Source of the DNA: an uncultured Spirochaetota bacterium
GTDB lineage: Bacteria; Spirochaetota; Brevinematia; Brevinematales; JAOACQ01
Assembly: GCA_963835575.1 (NCBI GenBank)
Contig: CAWIGG010000002.1
Span: 576,001-640,000, forward strand
Length of the DNA stretch: 64,000 nucleotides
Direction of reading: 5' to 3'
In this document: positions 54,912 to 64,000 of the stretch, in pieces
Position numbering within the stretch: the stretch's first letter is position 1
Layout: every line of letters begins with the position of its first letter
The notes under the pieces: generated by a model
Seen by the model: only the letters and a program-made list of their open reading frames with translations
What the model was told of the DNA's origin: nothing
Database searches by the model: none
Made by a program: the position numbers and the translations under genes

Positions 54912-56130
54912 ATGGTTGTTTTGTTTGGTTCTTCTCCTGCCGATCAGCCTTTCTGCCGCTACAAGATCCGGCACTGTCTTCACAAATACCGCCAGAATAT
55001 ACGGCGGCCCTTATGTTATAGACCAGACGAATGTCTTTTTAACAGCAGGCTCTATTTACGGCCTCAGTGCTCTGATTTCTACGACAAATGTATATATCGG
55101 ATATCCGATTTTTACTTTAAGAATACCCTTCAGCATAACGAATTTAGGCAACGATGCCGACAGCAATGCCCAGATATTTGTGGAACTCCTCAGCAACAAT
55201 CCGGGATATGCCGCAAGCGCCTGGAATTATTCCATTGAAGTAAGTTCCGTTACACAGGGAACAAATTACGCGATACCATACGCCAGCTTCGGAGAAGGGG
55301 CTATTTTCAGTTTCAACCTGGTTGTTTACATTCCTGCCGATTGCCCGTCCGGTTCCAGCGGTTTTTTCAGGGTTATTGCGTCTACTCTCAGTAATACAGG
55401 GCATGTCGCCGCTCAATATACAGGTTATAATCTTCTAAACTACGGAGGCATAGATACCGCCTCAAATGATATCCGGATCAATATTAATCTGCCCAATCAA
55501 ATAACAAGCATTTTCGGCACTGATGGTATTGATACGATCAACATTTTTAATGGCTTGTATGGTCTCCGCAGAACAAAAAATTCAATCACCCTTAATCTCG
55601 CTAATGCGCCATTCAATTTAAACAGTCTGTATCTATGGTATGCGGTTGACAGTCTGGCTGACGGTAGTTTTGGCCCTAATACGGCGGATACATCCGTGAA
55701 GATGACTACATTATCATCAAAACAATTCCAGGGTGATATTCCCGGGAACGCTCTATCCAAGGGTTCAATATTGTCTTTTGTTTTTGAGATTGATGGAGTA
55801 ACGTATTTAACGAATTTAACATACAGGCTTTTGGACCTGGGATCTCAGGATAATTATCAGACTGTTCTTATGCATAATGTTATTGATTATAAAAGCGGAG
55901 ATTATCTCTATATAAAACTCCCGGACAAACTGATGGGTAAGGAAGGGAAAGTCTATATATTCTCTATCAGCGGCGACCTGGTCTATATTATGTCTACGGG
56001 GAATCTGGATCAGCAGATATTAAAATGGAACGGTATGGATAAAACAAAGGCCTGGGTTGCAAAAGGCATGTACTTTATAGTGATAGATTTTGCCGATTTA
56101 AAGGAAGTCCGCAAGGTTTATGTTAAATGA
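54904..56130 (+). CDS. Exported pilin-related protein with a FlgD-Ig/T9SS-CTD-like C-terminus (putative base/anchor)
   Basis: Signal peptide, then ATRSGTVFTNTARI; middle resembles 52568; C-terminal VYIFSISGDLV...WNG...VAKGMYFI...RKVYVK. Confidence 0.7.
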   Translation: MNKWLFCLVLLLPISLSAATRSGTVFTNTARIYGGPYVIDQTNVFLTAGSIYGLSALISTTNVYIGYPIFTLRIPFSITNLGNDADSNAQIFVELLSNNPGYAASAWNYSIEVSSVTQGTNYAIPYASFGEGAIFSFNLVVYIPADCPSGSSGFFRVIASTLSNTGHVAAQYTGYNLLNYGGIDTASNDIRININLPNQITSIFGTDGIDTINIFNGLYGLRRTKNSITLNLANAPFNLNSLYLWYAVDSLADGSFGPNTADTSVKMTTLSSKQFQGDIPGNALSKGSILSFVFEIDGVTYLTNLTYRLLDLGSQDNYQTVLMHNVIDYKSGDYLYIKLPDKLMGKEGKVYIFSISGDLVYIMSTGNLDQQILKWNGMDKTKAWVAKGMYFIVIDFADLKEVRKVYVK

Positions 56131-57683
56131 TAAAGGGATTTATGAATAAAAAGTTTATCATTCAAAAATCCATACTTCTTATAATAGCATCGCTTTTCTT
56201 TGTCAATTCCTTGATGTTCCCGGCCATCACTTCCGGTTCTGATTTTCAAAAAATCCCGAAAAGCGCCAGGGCTATCGCACTTGGTGAAAGCTATACCGCC
56301 GCTATTGATGATATTGCCGCTATTGATTATAACCCGGCGGCGCTCAATACAATGAAAAATATTGGGTTTTCTTTGATGTATCAAACCTGGATTGACAACA
56401 GCTTCGGTGCTTACGGGGCGGCGGGTTACAGGCTTGGGTCATTTGTTTTTGGAAGCAGCTTCTATTATCTGAACTACGGCGGTTTTAAGGAATATGATTA
56501 TTTCGGAAATTATGTTCAGAGTTACAATCCTTGTGATATGAATCTTAAACTGGCGGTATCCGCCGATGGAGGCATTCTTGCCGAATTCTTGAAAGGCCTG
56601 TCCATAGGAATGTGTGTTTCAGGGATTTACAGAAGCCTGCTTGATGATTATCAGCTGGGGATGACAGTGGATGCCGGGATTCATTATAAAACAACGCTTT
56701 CAAAACTGCTTCAAATTAATGATGAATACTTCAATGAAACGGTCGGCTTTATGCCGATCAATGCGGGCTTTTCCATTCAAAATATTGGTTTTTCGGGTGA
56801 ATTTATGGCGCCTCTTAGAATGAATGCAGGTATTTCAATAGGCCTGTTCCGCGATTTTTTTCTTTCTTTTGATATATCCAAAGATTATAACGATACCCCC
56901 TTAATGTTCAAGTGCGGAGCAGAATACACCCTTTTTGATATACTTTCAGTCAGATGCGGTTTTAATATCGGTAAAGACAGCGGTAATTTTTCGGCCGGAT
57001 TCGGAATTAAATACCCGTTAATCTTTGACAATCTCCGTTTTGATTATGCTTTTTCACCGCTGGGGGTCATGGGCAACAACAACAGCTTTTCCATTTATGG
57101 GGAATTTCTATTCGGTAGGAATTATGATGACTATTTCAGCAAAGGATTATATTATTATAATAAACAGGATTACTTAAAAGCAAGAGAGTTATGGAGAAAT
57201 GCTTTGAATTTAAGCCCGAAAAGCGAAGAAGTCATCAGAAAATTAAAAAAGGTAAATGAAATGATTGATTATAACCTTTTAGATCCGGATAGATTAAAAT
57301 CAACAAACACATTATATATATCCCAGCTTGATTCAGTCAAATCAGGCGTTTCAGTTAATAATCAGTTTGCCGCTTTTCTTATTATAACAAAACGAGATAA
57401 TGTGACAAATGTATCCCTGACCGGCGATTTTAATAACTGGAATATTAATAATCTGCAGTTAAAAGCGGATAACACCACGGTACTCTCCAATACTATCTGG
57501 AGTATAACCCTTAGGTTGATGAAAGGCGTTTATATGTACAAGTTTGTGATTAACGGTTCAAAATTTGAATACGACATGAATAATCCCGTCTTTACTCCGG
57601 ACGGCAAAGGCGGAACCAATTCAATTTTACTGATCGAAACCTCAGATTCCAATCAGACTAAAACAATGGAAACTGCCGAATAA
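56127..57683 (+). CDS. PorV/PorQ-like (FadL-type) barrel + TPR + CBM48-like domain
   Basis: SARAIALGESYTA, YNPAAL; DYFSKGLYYY...WRNALNLSP; GDFNNW...YKFVING...NNP. Confidence 0.82.
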   Translation: MIKGFMNKKFIIQKSILLIIASLFFVNSLMFPAITSGSDFQKIPKSARAIALGESYTAAIDDIAAIDYNPAALNTMKNIGFSLMYQTWIDNSFGAYGAAGYRLGSFVFGSSFYYLNYGGFKEYDYFGNYVQSYNPCDMNLKLAVSADGGILAEFLKGLSIGMCVSGIYRSLLDDYQLGMTVDAGIHYKTTLSKLLQINDEYFNETVGFMPINAGFSIQNIGFSGEFMAPLRMNAGISIGLFRDFFLSFDISKDYNDTPLMFKCGAEYTLFDILSVRCGFNIGKDSGNFSAGFGIKYPLIFDNLRFDYAFSPLGVMGNNNSFSIYGEFLFGRNYDDYFSKGLYYYNKQDYLKARELWRNALNLSPKSEEVIRKLKKVNEMIDYNLLDPDRLKSTNTLYISQLDSVKSGVSVNNQFAAFLIITKRDNVTNVSLTGDFNNWNINNLQLKADNTTVLSNTIWSITLRLMKGVYMYKFVINGSKFEYDMNNPVFTPDGKGGTNSILLIETSDSNQTKTMETAE

Positions 57684-57750
57684 ATTAATAACAGAAGAAA
57701 GAGTGTTGGCTTAAGCTTTCCTTTTATGAAGGGAGGAAATTGATATGGCT

Positions 57751-57954
57751 TTATGCTGTTACATCAAGCTTTTTGCCCAGTGTTTCCTTCGGAAGAACTG
57801 GATTAGAGCCGCCGGATTTATTATCCGCATCCCTTTGAGATTTAGCCTGGGCTGATCTTTCGGCGGCTTTTTTATCTTCCATAGCCTTCATTCCTTCCTT
57901 TTGCTTCTGGGCGGTGGTTAATTCTTGAAACTGTTGAGCGGGAGAAATAATCAT
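57751..57954 (-). CDS. Small hypothetical protein
   Basis: 67-aa ORF with AAGGAGG RBS; ends GKKLDVTA. Confidence 0.65.
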   Translation of the reverse strand: MIISPAQQFQELTTAQKQKEGMKAMEDKKAAERSAQAKSQRDADNKSGGSNPVLPKETLGKKLDVTA

Positions 57955-58048
57955 AAAAATCCTCCTTAATTCTCAACTCATTTTAATTGAGTTTTTTAAA
58001 TATATCAATAGAAAAATATTATTTTTTTTTAATTACAGCACTGTATCT

Positions 58049-59311
58049 TTACTTTAATTCCAATGTTACCAGTGTTTCGATATGATAGGTATGAGGAAAC
58101 ATATCAACAGGCTGGCAGTAAACCGCTTTATAATTTTTCCCCGTCAGGATCAATAAATCCCTGGCAAGCGTTTCGGGAGAACAGGATATATAGATTATTT
58201 TTTCAGGCTTAATCCGTAAGATTTCTTTTAATACTTCAGGCTCACAGCCGGAACGCGGCGGGTCTAAAATCACAGTTTGAAACATTCCGGTATTTAAATC
58301 TTTTAAAACGTATTTTATGTCGGAAGCGATGAATTCCGCATTTTGGATTTGATTTATTTTAGCATTTATTCCTGCGAACTTTATGGCGGCTGGATTATTA
58401 TCGATCCCCAGGGCTTTATGCGCTTTTGCCGCGGCCGGGAGCGTAAAGAATCCCGATCCGCAGTAAAGGTCCAGCACATCGCCGGTTACATTTACAAGGG
58501 ATTTATCGATTAAATTTAACAATATGCCGGATTGATCATAGTTTGTCTGGAAAAAGCCGTTCAGAGGTATCCGGTAAAGGTAATCGCCGGTTTTCTGTTC
58601 GATATAATCCCTGCCTGAAATTGTATGATATTCCCGGTAACTGGCTGCTCCTATGCCTTCAATAGTTTTAATATCTTTTATAATTCTACTGCCGATTTTA
58701 TTGATCTCAGATTGAAACCTTTTTACGAAAAAGCAGATGCCCGTTTTACCTTCCTCACTGCTTCTTATGTGCGCTTGAAGAATCACTTCGGGAAAATGAT
58801 ACTTCTTCAGTTTTTCATAAACTTTATTATTTATTTCCATTTCCTGGGGGCAGTTGTCCAGTGTGATTGTTCTTTTGGAACTTTCCTGCATAAATACAAG
58901 ACTGCCGTGTTCATTGAGAAATGAAAACTTATTACGGCAGACGGCCGGATTCTTCATGCCGATTATTTCATTAACTTCAATATTGATTTTACTTTTGATT
59001 TTAAGCATATCGCAGAGTATTTCTCTTTTCCAGAAAAGCTGTTCCCTGTATCCGATATGGAGCCACTGGCATCCGCCGCAGCCGTTTTCAAAGGCGTTAC
59101 AGCCGGATTTAACCCGTTTTTCAGAAGGTTTTATGATTTTTAAAAGTTCTCCTCCGGCGTTATTATTATTTATCCTGTTGATTTTAATTTTCACTCTGTC
59201 GCCTGGAATTGTTCTTGGAACAAAAATAGTATTATTATTGAACTTTGAAACTCCTTCTCCATTTTGATTGAGTGATGAAATTTCAGTTTCTATGATTTCA
59301 TTTTTTAACAT
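58049..59311 (-). CDS. rlmD: 23S rRNA m5U methyltransferase (RlmD/TrmA family)
   Basis: TRAM domain, CGGCQW, FFQTN, DLYCGSG, DPPRSG, YISC, DMFPHTYHIE. Confidence 0.9.
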   Translation of the reverse strand: MLKNEIIETEISSLNQNGEGVSKFNNNTIFVPRTIPGDRVKIKINRINNNNAGGELLKIIKPSEKRVKSGCNAFENGCGGCQWLHIGYREQLFWKREILCDMLKIKSKINIEVNEIIGMKNPAVCRNKFSFLNEHGSLVFMQESSKRTITLDNCPQEMEINNKVYEKLKKYHFPEVILQAHIRSSEEGKTGICFFVKRFQSEINKIGSRIIKDIKTIEGIGAASYREYHTISGRDYIEQKTGDYLYRIPLNGFFQTNYDQSGILLNLIDKSLVNVTGDVLDLYCGSGFFTLPAAAKAHKALGIDNNPAAIKFAGINAKINQIQNAEFIASDIKYVLKDLNTGMFQTVILDPPRSGCEPEVLKEILRIKPEKIIYISCSPETLARDLLILTGKNYKAVYCQPVDMFPHTYHIETLVTLELK

Positions 59312-59324
59312 AGCGAAGCTTTCC

Positions 59325-59693
59325 TTATGAATTCTTTTTTTTCCAGTATAGCTCTTCTTCCATGAGATGCGCGATAAGTTTTTTAACAGGCCAGCGAATA
59401 TTTTTTTCCGTCAGTCCGCAGAATATTGGGCGCCGGATTTTTTTTTGGGGAAAGATATGGAGAGCCTTCTGTATCTCATTATTATCAAAACCGAGGAACA
59501 CAAGAATTGCCGTTTCTTTCTCTTCAAAATGGTCTTTATTCCGGATTTCCAGCGCTTCCTTAAGCGGCCTGTCCTCCATTCCGGACGCGCTGAGAAGCAG
59601 TATATCTTTCTTTAATTCCTTCGACAATAAATTATTGATTGCTGCAGCATCGGACTTGTTATAACCGTAAAGAAGTATCCCGATTTTATCCAT
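59325..59693 (-). CDS. DUF3783-like protein
   Basis: ILLYG...IFCGLTEKNIRWPVKKLIAHLMEE. Confidence 0.75.
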   Translation of the reverse strand: MDKIGILLYGYNKSDAAAINNLLSKELKKDILLLSASGMEDRPLKEALEIRNKDHFEEKETAILVFLGFDNNEIQKALHIFPQKKIRRPIFCGLTEKNIRWPVKKLIAHLMEEELYWKKKNS

Positions 59694-59767
59694 AGGATCA
59701 TTCCTTGTTTTTATTAATATTCCTGCCGGTTAATTCACAGTCTAAGAAATTCAATCTTATGAGTTGG

Positions 59768-60183
59768 AACCACAGATTACACCGATTTCACTGATGTTTT
59801 TCCGTGAAAACTGTGGTGAGCCCTCTGATGAGGTCCGAAGGCCTTGCTCAGGAAATCATTCCAAAATGAATTATTGCAGAAATAATATATTGTCTATTTT
59901 TTTCAAAAATACCAAATGGGAACGGCTGAATAAATTCTATAAACTGGAATATACCTGTAATACATTTTGTAGGGATTATTATCGATTGATATATCGCCTC
60001 CAGAAAATCTGTGCCCATTTTTATAAATTTCAATTATCGTATTAATAATTTCATGTGTTTGTGATTCGTTCTCATTTCTTTTTTCATATTTATAATTATA
60101 ACATGATTTCACTGAATTATAGTGATCTTGACGAATCTATAAATCCAAAAATATAATCTGTGTTTTCTGTGAAATCTGTGGTT
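59768..60183 (-). mobile_element. 9-nt-periodic inverted-repeat element carrying a GxxExxY remnant
   Basis: aaccacagattacaccgatttcactgat ... aatctgtgttttctgtgaaatctgtggtt. Confidence 0.6.
59983..60075 (-). pseudogene. Decayed N-terminus of a GxxExxY protein
   Basis: ENESQTHEIINTIIEIYK / frameshift / MGTDFLEAIYQS, similar to the family start T..IIG.A.EVH..LG.GFLE.VYQ. Confidence 0.55.
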
Positions 60184-60223
60184 TCGTTCCTTTGTTCCTT
60201 TTCCCATTAAGCAGTTAGCACGG

Positions 60224-60544
60224 CTATTTCTTAAAAACCAGGGAATAAGAATGGTCAATCATCTTTTTAATTTCCTCATCCGGTATTGTCCCGTCTATGG
60301 CGACTGTATTCCAGTGGGTTTTGTTCATATGATAGCCGGACCTGACAGCCGGATATCGCTCACGGAGTATGATAGCAAGGAACGGGTCACATTTCAAATT
60401 TATACTGATGATTTCATTGTCCAGCGGTATCAGGGCGAACATTTTATTGCTGATTTTCATAATAAGTGTTTCCGGCCCGAATGGAAAGTCCTTGTATGCT
60501 CCCTGTTTGGATGAACAATATTCTATCAGCGTCTTTAAATCCAT
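60224..60544 (-). CDS. MmcQ/YjbR family DNA-binding protein
   Basis: FPFG, KMFAL, NLKCDP, GYHMNKTHWNTV, IDHSYSLV. Confidence 0.9.
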   Translation of the reverse strand: MDLKTLIEYCSSKQGAYKDFPFGPETLIMKISNKMFALIPLDNEIISINLKCDPFLAIILRERYPAVRSGYHMNKTHWNTVAIDGTIPDEEIKKMIDHSYSLVFKK

Positions 60545-60914
60545 GCGCTCCCCGTTATGAATTAATAATGAATTAATATCAGATATATAATTCCTTATTC
60601 TATAATAAGTTTTATAATTTTTCAAGAATATTTTAAAAAAGACATGAGAAAAAGACGCTTAATAAATAAGCATTATACCTATTTATGCTTATTTATTAAT
60701 CAACATTCAATAAATTATCAATATGTGATTTGTCCGCCTTTTTTTAATAACTTGTTCTAGAGTAAAGGAATAGAAAATTATAACAATAAATGGATTTAAT
60801 GGCATCATAATTGCACCAATTATTCAAAATCTGTAAATATTTGAGAGGAAACAAATATTTATTTTAAAAGGAGCGATTTAATTTAGTTTGATCCAACGGC
60901 TTGGAAAAAACTAA

Positions 60915-62294
<1,380 letters not shown>

Positions 62295-62352
62295 GTTTTA
62301 TATTAGAAGAAAATATAAATTAATAAATAAAATTTTAGTAAGAGAAACAATT

Positions 62353-62384
62353 ATAAGGGAGGAAAGTATTCTTTCCTCCCTTAT
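62353..62384 (+). terminator. Terminator-like hairpin after gdhA
   Basis: ataagggaggaaag-tatt-ctttcctcccttat. Confidence 0.7.
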
Positions 62385-62515
62385 TGATAAGAAAACAGCA
62401 ATTCAATTTTATGACTCAAAAAAATTGTTATTATTGAGAATTTTCTCATCCTGTTTTATAATAAAATTTGCCTATAGCTCATATATGATCTGTTTGATTA
62501 TGAGAGGAGAAGAAG

Positions 62516-63343
62516 ATGATTACGATTGATGCGGCAAAACTGCATTATAAAGATTTGAACAAAAAAATCTATGATTCCATACAAGAGGGAGAAAAGCATA
62601 TTAAAGTTGAGAATGCCGTGGGCCACCGCTACATCGGCGACGGTTTAAGGGGCAGCGATGTCAGAATTGATCTTCACGGGACCGCAGGGAATGACCTGGC
62701 GGCTTTTATGAACGGCCCCTCGATTCATGTTTATGGAAACGCCCAGGATGGAATAGGGAACACAATGAATTCCGGCAGGGTTTATGTATATGGCGACGCC
62801 GGCGATGTTTTGTTTTACGGAATGAGGGGCGGTGAGGTTTATATCAAAGGCGATGTGGGCTACCGAGTGGGAATCCATATGAAAGAATATATGGATTATA
62901 TTCCGAAGGCGGTTATCGGCGGATGCGCCGGCGATTTCTTCGGCGAATATATGGCGGGCGGTTTTCTTGTTATTCTGGGCCTGAACAAAAAAGACAGGCC
63001 GATACTTGGAGATCATATCGCGACGGGAATGCACGGCGGCCGCATCTATATCAGGGGCGATGTGGAAGCGGACCATCTTGGAAAAGAAACAAAATCTTTC
63101 GAACTGGATGAAAATGATATGAAGATCATCAAACCGCTGATAGAGAATTTCTGCGAAGCCTTCGGGTACGACAGCAAAAAGATTTTAAAGGACAAGTTTA
63201 TAAAGCTTATTCCCGTGAGTAAAAGGCCCTACGGCAGGCATTATGTTCCGTTCTGGCATACTTTAACCAATAGAAAGGCGGTACTGCCGGGTTCTTATGA
63301 AGAAAACGGCTATCCTAAAGTTAGAAATATCCGGGATAGATAA
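62516..63343 (+). CDS. Stand-alone glutamate synthase GXGXG (domain 3) subunit
   Basis: GTAGNDL, GNTMNSG, GMRGG, GEYMAGG, GMHGG. Confidence 0.88.
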   Translation: MITIDAAKLHYKDLNKKIYDSIQEGEKHIKVENAVGHRYIGDGLRGSDVRIDLHGTAGNDLAAFMNGPSIHVYGNAQDGIGNTMNSGRVYVYGDAGDVLFYGMRGGEVYIKGDVGYRVGIHMKEYMDYIPKAVIGGCAGDFFGEYMAGGFLVILGLNKKDRPILGDHIATGMHGGRIYIRGDVEADHLGKETKSFELDENDMKIIKPLIENFCEAFGYDSKKILKDKFIKLIPVSKRPYGRHYVPFWHTLTNRKAVLPGSYEENGYPKVRNIRDR

Positions 63344-63357
63344 AAAAGGGGAAAAGA

Positions 63358-64000
63358 ATGTTATATCAGCCGATTGTATCGAATTATTATGATTTCAAGG
63401 TTGTGCGCGATCAGAATAGATGTATAAAATGCATGGGGTGCGTCACCCAATGCTCATTTGAATCAAACTACTGGGACGAGGACAGGCAGACGATAGATTC
63501 GGTACACAGCAAGTGCATCGGCTGCCACCGCTGCGAGGCGTTCTGCCCGACCGACGCGATCTCCATCCAGCATAATCCTTCAAAATTCAGGGCAAACGGC
63601 TACTGGACAAAAAGGGAGATCAGGAATATTTACCTGAATGCCGAAACGGGCGCCATCGGATTTACCGGAATGGGGAATGATATGCAGACCCAGGCCGTCT
63701 ATTTCGACAGGATCCTGTTTGACGCCTGCCAGGTAACGAACCCGTCCATTGATCCCCTGCGCGAGCCGATGGAGCTTGTGACTTACCTGGGCAACAGGGG
63801 CAGGGAACTGGAAATGGAAGAAAAAAAGAAAAAAATAAAACTTCAAACCAGAGTTTCGAAACTCCTGAAACTGGATGTCCCCATAATTTTCGGGCCGATG
63901 TCTTACGGTTCGATCAATCTTAATGTTCAGAAAGCCCTGGCAGAGGCTTCGAAGAGGCATGGGACTTTCTGGGGGACGGGGGAAGGCGGTCTGCACCAGG
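63358..64000 (+). CDS. Glutamate synthase FMN-binding subunit with N-terminal 2x[4Fe-4S] ferredoxin; runs off the window end
   Basis: Translated by hand: CIKCMGCVTQC...CIGCHRCEAFCP...QVTNPSIDPLREPME...PMSYGS...TGEGGLH. Confidence 0.9.
   Translation, partial: MLYQPIVSNYYDFKVVRDQNRCIKCMGCVTQCSFESNYWDEDRQTIDSVHSKCIGCHRCEAFCPTDAISIQHNPSKFRANGYWTKREIRNIYLNAETGAIGFTGMGNDMQTQAVYFDRILFDACQVTNPSIDPLREPMELVTYLGNRGRELEMEEKKKKIKLQTRVSKLLKLDVPIIFGPMSYGSINLNVQKALAEASKRHGTFWGTGEGGLHQ

Noticed and set aside
59803..59856. Hammerhead-like CTGATGAG-gtccgaaggcc sequence
   Set aside because: GAAA does not follow stem II, and I could not build convincing stems I/III or a UH cleavage site

Overview
Chromosomal window from an AT-rich diderm bacterium. 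Gene order (FlhB-like/HD-GYP/YraN block, spirochete-type LptD beside tgt) suggests Spirochaetota; this is inference only. Core genes: nadE, glmS, tgt, proS, surE, thpR, recX, rlmD, gdhA and a split glutamate synthase. Also present: an MMPL/LolA-like/beta-barrel transport operon, five c-di-GMP-related genes, an ECF sigma module and four IS elements (IS66 with a nested IS256, IS1380, an IS1182/IS5-like element). Main finding: a six-gene operon (49.6-57.7 kb) that looks like a tip/shaft/base pilus made of split DUF11 (isopeptide-type) domains joined by donor-strand complementation, with a T9SS-like C-terminal domain on the base subunit and a PorV-like barrel. Other notable items: an orphan contractile-injection tube gene, strong Ser/Thr-Asn enrichment in exported proteins, a family of 9-nt-periodic inverted-repeat elements (one holding a decayed GxxExxY nuclease gene), and a 166-bp duplication around the IS256. 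All calls come from reading motifs by eye; no searches were run.
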